Position numbers and translations under genes: made by a program. From Nitrospinales bacterium (GTDB lineage Bacteria; Nitrospinota; Nitrospinia; Nitrospinales; VA-1), in assembly GCA_965262115.1 (NCBI GenBank), contig OZ253496.1, forward strand, positions 864,001-928,000: DNA of 64,000 nt, read 5' to 3'. Below the pieces are notes generated by a model. It was given only the letters and a program-made list of their open reading frames with translations. It was not told the DNA's origin and did not search any database. Positions 9,871 to 18,928 of the stretch are shown here, piece by piece (position 1 is the stretch's first letter; the number at the start of each line of letters is the position of its first letter).

Positions 9871-10115
9871 AGTGGATTGTATGGGTATTGTATCGTTGGG
9901 GTTTGATTGCGGATCCAAAATGAAAATTCTAACTTACAAATTGGTACAAATTATGGAAGCAGGTCAGTATTTAAACGCCCCTTTTTAGAATAAGTTTTCA
10001 ATAATTCCTTCTTTAAATTTCCCTGTAAAGTGAAACCAAATTTCCACAATAACTAGGGTTGAAATTTAACGTTAATTCAAAAAACCAAAATAATTTTTAC
10101 CTATTCAAAGTTCTT

Positions 10116-11699
10116 TTAATGGAACACCACATGGCAAAGTACCAGAGACCCCAAAAGCAGCCCTCCGAACCAACCAACTTTTTTTGTAGACACGTCAAGC
10201 AATTTCCCCCAGCCTTTGGGCGAACCATTTTTCACAATAGTTGGAATGATTACAACCAAGATGACCGAAATTATTATAAGGGTAGAACGATTGAGGTAGT
10301 TCATGTCAGGTGCCAGCCACTTTAATAATATAGTTAAACCAACACTTCCAATGAGCGTATAAAATACTAGCTTTTTAGATGCGCTGGTTAGAAAAACAGC
10401 ACAAACAATAAGAAATACGAATCCATTTTTTATGTAGTAGGAAGCTTCGTTAAACCAGTGAGTGAGGGCAAAATCTGGGTCCTCAAATTTTACGTAGGTA
10501 ACTACATAGGCAAAGAATAAACCAGTACACAAAGCTCCTAAAATTCCTTTTCTACCCATAGAAACCATTTCACTATCTGTTGCTTCGGGTTTAATATATT
10601 TTTTATATATATCTACTGACCACAGGGTTGAAACCGAATGGAAAATGGAGTCCACACTGCTCATTAGCGAAGCAAACAAACCGCAAAGAATGATTCCTTT
10701 TAACCCATTGGGTATAAGTTCAATAATCAAAGTTGGGTAGGCAAGATCCGGATCAGAAAGCGGGTGATTTGAAAGGATTCCCACTAGTGCTATCCCAGGA
10801 ATAATAATAATAAAGGCCATCAAGTACTTTAAGAATCCGCCAACAATTAATCCTACCTGGGCGTGGTAGAGATTTTTGGCTGCCAGTGTCCGCTGTAAAA
10901 TAATCTGGTTGCAACCCCAATAATTGAGATTTAAGAGCATCATTCCAAAGAGAGCAGGCCAGGGAAGTTTGGGGTGATCCGAAGGCATATGCAAGTGCAT
11001 CAAGTTTGGAGTTTTTTCGTAAAGCATAGTCCACCCACCCAGTTCCTTCATGGTTACAGTAACAAGTATCATCCCCCCTATGACCATTAAGGCAAATTGA
11101 GCAATGTCTGTTCTTACTACCGCGCCCATTCCACCTAAATAGGTATACGTTGCTGAGAAAATTCCCAATAGTATAGTCAAAATAAAAATGCGGGTCATGG
11201 GGTCATGATGAATAAATCGAATGTTTTCTGCAAAAATGGCATTGATGGCATAAGCCCCCCAAAAGAGCGTCGAGCCAAGATAAAGAAAGCCGTATAGCAA
11301 GATCATCAAAATGGAATAGGTGAAAGCCACCTTCGATCCGAGTCTCTGTTCAAAAAATTGGCTAATAGTGGTTACGTTAGCCGCGAGATAAAGTGGGATA
11401 AAAACAAATGCAGCAATTAAAATACCGAGAATAGCGTTAATTTCAAAATTTGCCTGCACCAATCCATATAAATAGGCTGAGCCAGCCATTCCAATAAAAT
11501 GACCAGCATGGATGTTTGTGGATATGGTCGAAAATGCAACGGCGGGCCAACGAAGGGTGTTCGATTTTAAAAAATATTCATGCGCCGTGGTCTTTTTGTC
11601 GTCTCTCTTTACAATCCCTAAAGTAAAGACAACGATAAAATAGGTCGAGATTATAACAATATCCAAAACCATAAGAATAATTGACAGAACCAAAAGCAA
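10116..11699 (-). CDS. sodium:solute symporter (SSS/SLC5 family)
   Basis: Polytopic membrane protein with GHFIGMAGSAY, YTYLGGMGAVVRTD, NQIILQRTLAAK and FASLMSSVDS. Confidence 0.9.
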   Translation of the reverse strand: MLLVLSIILMVLDIVIISTYFIVVFTLGIVKRDDKKTTAHEYFLKSNTLRWPAVAFSTISTNIHAGHFIGMAGSAYLYGLVQANFEINAILGILIAAFVFIPLYLAANVTTISQFFEQRLGSKVAFTYSILMILLYGFLYLGSTLFWGAYAINAIFAENIRFIHHDPMTRIFILTILLGIFSATYTYLGGMGAVVRTDIAQFALMVIGGMILVTVTMKELGGWTMLYEKTPNLMHLHMPSDHPKLPWPALFGMMLLNLNYWGCNQIILQRTLAAKNLYHAQVGLIVGGFLKYLMAFIIIIPGIALVGILSNHPLSDPDLAYPTLIIELIPNGLKGIILCGLFASLMSSVDSIFHSVSTLWSVDIYKKYIKPEATDSEMVSMGRKGILGALCTGLFFAYVVTYVKFEDPDFALTHWFNEASYYIKNGFVFLIVCAVFLTSASKKLVFYTLIGSVGLTILLKWLAPDMNYLNRSTLIIISVILVVIIPTIVKNGSPKGWGKLLDVSTKKVGWFGGLLLGSLVLCHVVFH

Positions 11700-11742
11700 T
11701 CTGTCCTAAACTGGGGTCACATTGTAGTCAAGTCACCGGAAT

Positions 11743-11769
11743 TATCCGAAACCACCGGACTCATCGGAA
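11743..11769 (+). repeat. direct repeat copy 1 (copy 2 at 13653-13698)
   Basis: TGTAGTCAA(G/A)TCACCGGA-N11-CCACCGGACTCA(T/C)CGGAA is present on both sides of the SPFH gene. Confidence 0.7.
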
Positions 11770-11959
11770 GTGTCGGAATTGGGGGCCTGTGCGTATTGGG
11801 GCGGAGCCCTTTTTTAGTGGTTGGAGAGGATTGAAAGATTGACCTGGGGACCGGCTGTAAACGCAAATCGTGACTACCGCAGTTTACTACCGCACATTGA
11901 CCTGAGAGGACGGATCGCTGTACGATCAAATCTTAGTTACTACACGGTTCTGCCGCACA

Positions 11960-13220
11960 TCATTTAACTTTCCCTCGCTTGGTGATTTTCCCTGAGGGAA
12001 CTGACATATCCAGACTCAAATCTCTGGCTGTCTTGACCATGAACAAATCAAGGAGACTCTGGGCGGCATTAACATTTTGTCCTTTTTGCCCCCCGGACAT
12101 TACAACATTCGGAACCCATTGTCCCTTGTAATCTTTCATAGCTTGGGCGTAGTAACTATTTACCTCCTTCCAAGCCTCTAGTTTTTGAGCCAAAGCGCCG
12201 TCGGCGTTCATGACAAGTTTTTTCCTCTCAGACTCGCCCTGCCCCAAAAGAATCTGCCTTTCTTTCTCCTCCTTGGCCGCCATTTTCATCAATTTTGCCA
12301 CCGCAAGCTCTTTTGCTGCATGCAGTTCAGCCACCTCTTTCTGTTGCTGGGCTTCTACAATGGCCTTGACCTTCTCCTGCTCTTTTTCATATTTGGATTG
12401 CATGACATCGGCCTTACCCTTCATCTCAATGGTCTTGGCATCCTGCTCTGCCTTTTTGGCATTGGCTCGAGCCGTTTCAACCTCCATGATGGCTTTTCGT
12501 TGGGCCTCAATTTGACTTTCAACCACTTGAGGATATTTGATGGCGGTAATTCTAAAGGCATCGAAAGAAATGCCAGTACCCTCCATAGGGTTCCCCTCCC
12601 GCAGGAGATTCCCATTTTCATCACGCAGGATCTCTTTAAAGTGTTTCGTTGTTTTCTTACCTGTCATCGGATCAATGATTTGCTTATCATTGGTGACGGT
12701 TTTATACACCCCATTGAGCAATCGGTCGAAAGCCATGGAATCAAAATCTGCCCTCTTTTCGTCGAAAGATTCCTTGGCAGACATGAGGTTTCCCGTCAAG
12801 CGCAAAACTCGTCCCAAATGTGGATAAGCCAACTGCTCCATAACAGAATTTATGGAACGGAATCCATGTTTAGTGATGAGATCCAAGGCCTTCTCCTCAG
12901 ATTTAGGCATATACACACGCACCGTCCCAAGCACTGTAGACTGGGAACCATAGTTAAAACGTGTGGGAATGACATGATCTCTGGTAAAATCAAAGGTTGT
13001 TGATACTGGCCAGGTCTGCACATCTCCAAAACATTGACACCACATTCCAGGGTCCATTTTGACCGTTAAGGTTCCCGTTATGGGAAACTGCCGGATCTGA
13101 GTAGGTACCCTTCTCAACAGTTTCAAAAGCATTCATCCCTAGTAAGATCACGACAACCAAAATAACAATGGAAATTACCTTATTAGGGGACATGAATTTA
13201 GGGATTAATTCGTTAGGCAT
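11960..13220 (-). pseudogene. SPFH/band-7 family membrane protein with a 1-nt frameshift near 13100
   Basis: The TM-bearing N-terminus (..FETVEKGTY) and the SPFH body (QIRQFPITG..) are separated by one extra T in TAC-T-CAG; Ala/Glu/Lys coiled coil at the C-terminus. Confidence 0.7.
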
Positions 13221-13554
13221 TTATGGCCTCCAAAGTTAAAAGATGTGCATTCCAACATCAACTTGGACGACGACAATGGCCAAGTGAAGCCTTTATTCGA
13301 GTTGTAAATTTGGCGTGGATTATAACAGAATTGGGCGATTTAGCATAGTAAACGTGTTCCAGGCTAGACCCACCATTGTCTGGTTTCTCCCCCGCAACCC
13401 CGGCCTATTGAGAGGGCTTCCAGCTCATTGCCTCGCACCGGAAGGCAGGTAGCCGAATTGAAAAGAGGATAATTTAATTAAAGTCCCAAGCAGTATTGAG
13501 TTAATAAGCCATGAAGGTAGAGTAGTAATCAACATATTCTCCTAATTAAGGGGA

Positions 13555-13593
13555 ATCGTAGGGTTGGAGGTTCAAATCTTCTCGCCCCGACTA
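13555..13593 (+). other. degenerate 3' half of tRNA-Pro (att-like remnant)
   Basis: TCGTAGGGTTGGAGGTTCAAATCTTCTCGCCCCGACTA resembles the tRNA-Pro T-arm/acceptor (..CCCCGACCA); a hairpin follows. Confidence 0.6.
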
Positions 13594-14225
13594 GTAAAAA
13601 CAAGGACGTAACAGTTTTCGTTAGGTCCTTTTGTTGTGGGATGTAGTCAAAATGTAGTCAAATCACCGGATATATAGGGAGCCACCGGACTCACCGGAAA
13701 AGAAATTCAACCTAGGTTGAATTCTGGAAGATTTTAAGTCACTGACTTTCAAAAAAAGCGCATTTAAATGATTATTTGGAAACTGCCCTTGGGTATATCA
13801 CACCGGCGTGATAGGCCGGAGTTAATTTAATTAACCTCTACAACGGGGCTTCCACAAACTATTGACTGAATGAGAGTTGCTAGAATCCTGACAGATTTGT
13901 TCAGCTCTTTTTTTATGCCTTTGGTTGTGGGCAAATTGTGGGCAATTGATACTTCATCGCCACTAATAGGACAAAGGCCGGGAAGGTTGAAAGTGATTAC
14001 ATCGTCATCCTAGTTACTGATGTAAATAACTCCCTCATAGTCGCCAAAGGTTTGGCAAGGGACTAAGGGGCAGCAATAGAAAAAGAGAATTAGGAAAACG
14101 AATTTCTTCATGGACCACCTCAAGAGTCTGGGGATGCAATCACTCTTTTTCAGGTTGGCGATGTTTTTCAATTGTTTGGTATAATACGCTCCAATTCACC
14201 GAATATTTTTAGAGTAGTGGAATTT

Positions 14226-14546
14226 ATGGTCGAACATAATTTAAGGAAATGGCAGCACATTTTAGATGGCCAAGGCAAAACATTTTCCATCAATGGCCAG
14301 CAGGTAGCGGTGTTCAATATTGACGGTGAAATTTTTGCTTTTGATGATGAATGCCCACACTTGGCAGGTTCTTTGGGCAGTGGTAAATTGGAAGGTAAAC
14401 TAGTGACCTGCCCGAACCACGGTTGGCAATTTGATGTCACCGACGGAAAATGTGTTACCTTGGATCGATGTGATGATGGATGCGTGATTGACACTTATCC
14501 GGTAAAGATAGAAAACGACGAGATAATTTTAAGTTTGTCCTCATAA
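14226..14546 (+). CDS. Rieske [2Fe-2S] ferredoxin (NirD-like, soluble)
   Basis: CPH..CPNHGWQFD motifs. Confidence 0.9.
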   Translation: MVEHNLRKWQHILDGQGKTFSINGQQVAVFNIDGEIFAFDDECPHLAGSLGSGKLEGKLVTCPNHGWQFDVTDGKCVTLDRCDDGCVIDTYPVKIENDEIILSLSS

Positions 14547-14699
14547 GCAATTTTATTTCCCCCAGCCCTCTCTCCTTCTCAGAAATGGAATATATCCCGT
14601 CATCCGAATGTGGACCCTTTGAGGTAAAAAGCTAAGAGGTACTTTCTGCTAAACTTTCCTTCTCCACGGGTACTTGCCCGTTGCCGCTCTGGCGAAGAG

Positions 14700-14771
14700 T
14701 AGCCCCAAGGGGAGTCGAACCCCTGTTTCCGGCGTGAGAGGCCAGCGTCCTAACCACTAGACGATGGGGCC
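14700..14771 (-). tRNA. tRNA-Glu (anticodon CTC), CCA not encoded
   Basis: GGCCCCATCGTCTAGTGGTTAGGACGCTGGCCT-CTC-ACGCCGGAAACAGGGGTTCGACTCCCCTTGGGGCTA forms a cloverleaf. Confidence 0.95.
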
Positions 14772-14813
14772 ATATAAAATGGTGGGTGGTTATCTTAACT
14801 CAAATGGGGAAAT

Positions 14814-15278
14814 TTAGAACCCGTCTTTTTTCATGATCGGTGGACCGTACCGGTTTTTCTTTTTCTCTTTGCGGACCGCTTCTTCCGCATCCAGGTCGCG
14901 TTTGTTCACTCCAAAAATAAGAAACGTCATCAAGGGGTAAGCCGGGAGGGACAGCACCCCCCAAGTGAGCATGAACTTGTTCCCCGCAGAAATCATGCCT
15001 CCATCGCTCCCCTCATTCCCACTTGTGCCAAAAGCCAAAAACAGCATCAGACCCAGGAGCATTCCCATTAATGAAGAGATTGAGGTTTTATGCGCCACCT
15101 CATTCATATATAGTGTCGGCAAAAGCGGGAAATCACTGACATAAGCGCCGATGAGTCCCAAAGTAAACATAATAAACATTGCCGCCATTAAAAATTCGTT
15201 AGTGATGGCAATGGTAGCCACCAACTGGTAAACGGGAGCCCAAAGCGCGACAATAAATGGATTACGGTAAATATTCAT
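14814..15278 (-). CDS. hypothetical membrane protein (about 4 TM) between two tRNAs
   Basis: 154-aa hydrophobic ORF with GAGG RBS. Confidence 0.75.
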   Translation of the reverse strand: MNIYRNPFIVALWAPVYQLVATIAITNEFLMAAMFIMFTLGLIGAYVSDFPLLPTLYMNEVAHKTSISSLMGMLLGLMLFLAFGTSGNEGSDGGMISAGNKFMLTWGVLSLPAYPLMTFLIFGVNKRDLDAEEAVRKEKKKNRYGPPIMKKDGF

Positions 15279-15337
15279 ATTTCCTCAAAGCGGAGAATTT
15301 CCGCCGGACATTGCCTCCACGGCTAGTGGCCAAAGGG

Positions 15338-15411
15338 TGGCTCGGGTACAAGGATTCGAACCTCGACATTCAGAACCAGAATCTGACGTCCTACCGTTAG
15401 ACGATACCCGA
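15338..15411 (-). tRNA. tRNA-Gln (anticodon CTG)
   Basis: TCGGGTATCGTCTAACGGTAGGACGTCAGATT-CTG-GTTCTGAATGTCGAGGTTCGAATCCTTGTACCCGAGCCA forms a cloverleaf with CCA. Confidence 0.95.
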
Positions 15412-15482
15412 CCACTAATTTCTTGGAAAACTTGATTTATAATAGTTTTAGATGCGAAAACTGTCAAGCAGAGAACCTCTGC

Positions 15483-15797
15483 CCACTAGGCGTGGGGGCC
15501 AGCTAGTCAAAGCCCGTCTTTGCGAGGAGCCAACTGCGACGAAGCAATCCAGAATACCTTTGCAGAGCATGAAGGCTAATGAGCACGGCACTGGATCGCC
15601 GCGCTCCTTTCAGTCTCTCGCGATGACGAAAGTGTGGTTTTTAATATTCAGGCGGGTAGGGCCACCGGTGAGCCGCCAGAGGCAATAGCCCATAAAGCCG
15701 AGAGGACACTTATCCGCATGTGATATCGCTACACTTGCTTCATGCCCCAAAGGGGTAAAATAAAGACATCGCAAGTTACCAGCGGAGGTACTCCGCT
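15483..15797. repeat. mosaic repeat cluster containing a 114-bp RPE-like palindrome (15515-15628)
   Basis: Module A, then CGTCTTTGCGAG..GCGACGAAGCAATCCAG..CTGGATCGC..CTCGCGATGACG, then modules C (inverted), B and D (GCGGAGGTACTCCGC). Confidence 0.75.
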
Positions 15798-15817
15798 AGT
15801 GAAAGGAACCTCTTTAT

Positions 15818-16387
15818 ATGCGCGTAATTTCGGGCACCGCCCGGGGAACCCGTCTGGCCAGCCTGGGCTCTGCCGACATCCGCCCTACCCTCGATCGGGT
15901 CAAGGAATCGTTTTTCAATCAGGTCGGCCCCGGCCTCGAAGGGGTGGCCTTCCTCGATTTGTTCGCCGGTAGTGGAAGCATGGGCATTGAGGCGCTTAGT
16001 CGGGACGCAGAAACGGTAGTGTTTGTCGAACCCAACCCTGAGGCCCAGTGCATCATCATGCAAAATCTGGAAAAATGCAAAATGACCGGTGACACCCCAC
16101 GCTGGGTTTTATTGCAATCCCCTGCCCACACTGAATTGCAAACACTTGAGCAGCGGAAGCTGGCCTTCGACCTCGTTTATGTAGACCCGCCTTTCGCCGA
16201 CGACTTGTATGAACCGACCTTGCTGGAGCTATCGCCATCGGGAATACTGCGCCAGGATGCTATGGTCGTGGTGGAACATTTCCATAAAACCGTTTTGCAG
16301 AAAAACTATGGTAAACTTGAATTTTATAAAGATCGGCGATTGGGCGATTCCTGCCTTTCTTTTTTTCGATTTAAAGACTCCCTTTAA
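15818..16387 (+). CDS. rsmD: 16S rRNA m2G966 methyltransferase
   Basis: MRVISG, RPTLDRVKES, LDLFAGSG and DPPF. Confidence 0.92.
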   Translation: MRVISGTARGTRLASLGSADIRPTLDRVKESFFNQVGPGLEGVAFLDLFAGSGSMGIEALSRDAETVVFVEPNPEAQCIIMQNLEKCKMTGDTPRWVLLQSPAHTELQTLEQRKLAFDLVYVDPPFADDLYEPTLLELSPSGILRQDAMVVVEHFHKTVLQKNYGKLEFYKDRRLGDSCLSFFRFKDSL

Positions 16388-16390
16388 ACT

Positions 16391-17464
16391 ATGATGGATA
16401 CACAAAAAATTGTTATTGCTATGAGCGGTGGGGTAGACAGCTCCGTGGCTGCCGCGATCATGAAGGAACGCGGATACGAGGCGATTGGGGTTTCTCTGCA
16501 GTTGTGGAACTATTCCAATTCGGATAACCGGTTCGGCACCTGTTGTTCTCTCGATGATATGGCCGATGCCCGACGGGTGGCAGAGCGGGTCGGCATTCCT
16601 TTTTACATCCTCAACATGGAAAAAAAGTTTAAGGAAGAGGTGGTGGACTATTTCATCTCGGAGTACATGCAGGCGAGGACACCGATTCCCTGCACACTGT
16701 GCAACCAGAAACTGAAATTTGAAGAGTTGATCCACAAGGCTGAGTCGTTTGGAATTCGGCGCGTTGCTACCGGACATTACGCCTCCATCGTCAAGCATTT
16801 TTCCGGGAACCTAATGGTACGCCGGGGCCGGGACCGGTTTAAAGACCAGAGTTATTTTCTGTTCAACTTGTCGCAGGAACAACTGGCGCGGCTGGAGTTT
16901 CCGCTCGGTGACATGGATAAAAAAGAAGTGCGCGAACGCGCCCGGCAACTAGGATTGAACGTGGCCGAAAAAGCCGAGTCGCATGAAATCTGTTTCATTC
17001 CTGATAACGACTACCCCCGGTTCATCGCCAAACAGTTAAACGGCCAAGCCCTGCAGGAGGGAGAGATCGTCAACTCCGCAGGCAAAGTTCTGGGCAAGCA
17101 TCCGGGTTACCCGGCGTTCACCATCGGGCAGAGAAAAGGGCTTAACCTTGGCGGCCTCAAGGAACCCCATTTTGTGACGCATATTGACCCGGTGCAAAAC
17201 CGCATTACCGTTGGCCCCAAGCACGAACTGGCCCAACCCGACTGCACGGTGAACCAGGTAAAATGGAGCCTGGAATTTTCCGGTCCATTGCGCGCCGATG
17301 TGCAGGTCCGTTACCGACACCAGGGGGTCCCCGCAACCGTGACACCGCTTGACGGCTTGCGGGCAAAGATCGAGTTTGACGAGCCGCAGATTTCCATCGC
17401 GCCCGGCCAGTCCGCCGTATTTTATCAGGATGACTGCGTAGTCGGCGGTGGGTGGCTGGAGTGA
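16391..17464 (+). CDS. mnmA: tRNA 2-thiouridylase
   Basis: AMSGGVDSS, PCTLCN, ATGHY, KDQSYFL and PGQSAVFY. Confidence 0.95.
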   Translation: MMDTQKIVIAMSGGVDSSVAAAIMKERGYEAIGVSLQLWNYSNSDNRFGTCCSLDDMADARRVAERVGIPFYILNMEKKFKEEVVDYFISEYMQARTPIPCTLCNQKLKFEELIHKAESFGIRRVATGHYASIVKHFSGNLMVRRGRDRFKDQSYFLFNLSQEQLARLEFPLGDMDKKEVRERARQLGLNVAEKAESHEICFIPDNDYPRFIAKQLNGQALQEGEIVNSAGKVLGKHPGYPAFTIGQRKGLNLGGLKEPHFVTHIDPVQNRITVGPKHELAQPDCTVNQVKWSLEFSGPLRADVQVRYRHQGVPATVTPLDGLRAKIEFDEPQISIAPGQSAVFYQDDCVVGGGWLE

Positions 17465-18234
17465 GCGAAGCGGTTCAAGTGGCGGTTGAAGCCGCTTTAG
17501 CCGCCGGAAAAATCCTGCGCGAACGAAAGGACTCCATCGGGAAAATATCTTACAAAGAATTTTATGATCCCGTCACAGAAGTCGATCTCCTCTGCGAGCA
17601 GACGATTATCTCCCGCATCAAAAAAACCTTTCCCGAACACGATATTCTGGCCGAAGAGTCCGGTAGCACCCAAGGCAACTCGTCAACAAGCAAATGGATC
17701 ATTGACCCACTCGATGGCACTTTGAACTATTCCCACGGTTATCCCTGTTATTGCGTTTCGATCGGATTGGAACACGAAGGCCAGTTGGAAGTCGGTGTGG
17801 TGTACAACCCCTGCCTGGACGAGTTGTTCGTTGCCGAACGAGGCAAAGAGGCCAGCCTCAATAACAAGCCCATCAAGGTTTCCACCATCCCAACATTAAA
17901 AGAAAGTCTGCTCGTTACAGGTTTTCATCCCAAAGTGGTCAATTCTCTGGATGACAACTTAAACCATTTTTGCCGGTTCATGAAATTGTGTCAGGCGGTG
18001 CGCCGTCCCGGCTCCGCCGCCATGGACATGGTATATACAGCGATGGGCCGGTTCGAAGGGTTCTGGGAGATCAAACTCAGTCCCTGGGATGTCGCGGGGG
18101 GCGCGTTGATCGTGACAGAAGCCGGGGGCACCTTGTCGAAGTTTGATGGAAGCCCGACAACGATTTACGATGAGGAAATCCTGGTCAGCAACGGCCTCAT
18201 CCATCAGGAGATGGTCGACGTTCTCCGCCAGTAG
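17461..18234 (+). CDS. suhB: inositol monophosphatase family protein
   Basis: WIIDPLDGTLNY, GSAA and PWDVAGG; GTGA overlap with mnmA. Confidence 0.88.
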   Translation: MSEAVQVAVEAALAAGKILRERKDSIGKISYKEFYDPVTEVDLLCEQTIISRIKKTFPEHDILAEESGSTQGNSSTSKWIIDPLDGTLNYSHGYPCYCVSIGLEHEGQLEVGVVYNPCLDELFVAERGKEASLNNKPIKVSTIPTLKESLLVTGFHPKVVNSLDDNLNHFCRFMKLCQAVRRPGSAAMDMVYTAMGRFEGFWEIKLSPWDVAGGALIVTEAGGTLSKFDGSPTTIYDEEILVSNGLIHQEMVDVLRQ

Positions 18235-18316
18235 GCGTGGAGCTGTGATATCCCTTCATTAGCTTTCGCCCTTTCTACCCCGGCGGGGCATGGAGGCTAG
18301 AGGGCCTGCCTTTATC

Positions 18317-18928
18317 ATGAAAATTTTATTTCTACTAATCCTAATTACTATCGGAGGATGCCAGACCGTCCCGGAAAAGGACTGCGTTGGTTGCGCCCAT
18401 GACCTCTATCTATGGAAAACGGCGGTGGACACCGTTGCCAAGGCCAACTTCCCCAACGAGGAATTTAACGCCGTGGTGCATTACACAGATTTTTCCAATG
18501 CCTGGGTGACCACGGGAAACGATGTCCATATCACCGATGATCTTCTGTTTCAATTAACGCCAGAGCAGAGAGTGGCCGTGGCGGCACACGAAATCGGCCA
18601 TTTAAAAGCAGGCCATTATTATTCCAGCATGGGAGTTTCGATTCTTACATCCATCGCCTTTTCGGTGGCCAATGTGTTTGTGCCGGGGGTGGGCTATGCC
18701 GAGTATCTGGTGAAACCGGTTGTCGTTGGCGGGTTCTCCCGCCCACAGGAACTGGAGGCCGATGTACCGCCTCACCATTTGATTGAAGTGTTTCAGGTTT
18801 TCCGTAAGGTGTCTGGAGGCAAGTCCGATGAGGCCAGCTATTTTTCCACCCATCCGACCACGAGCGAACGCATCAAGCAGATAGAAAGTTTTTACAAAGT
18901 ATCTGAACCTCAGGTGGAGGAAAACTAA
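18317..18928 (+). CDS. M48 family zinc metallopeptidase lipoprotein (possible internal deletion)
   Basis: Lipobox GGC, AHEIGH, FSRPQELEAD and STHP..ERI. Confidence 0.8.
   Translation: MKILFLLILITIGGCQTVPEKDCVGCAHDLYLWKTAVDTVAKANFPNEEFNAVVHYTDFSNAWVTTGNDVHITDDLLFQLTPEQRVAVAAHEIGHLKAGHYYSSMGVSILTSIAFSVANVFVPGVGYAEYLVKPVVVGGFSRPQELEADVPPHHLIEVFQVFRKVSGGKSDEASYFSTHPTTSERIKQIESFYKVSEPQVEEN

Noticed and set aside
12185..13003. Long antisense ORFs (also 53872-54849, 6941-7591, 46098-46820, 54-368, 31315-31500)
   Set aside because: These are shadow frames opposite better-supported genes and have no motifs
14226..14546. Rieske protein as the missing partner of the orphan cytochrome b
   Set aside because: It is a soluble ferredoxin type without a Tat/TM anchor or the disulfide Cys pair, and lies 9 kb away
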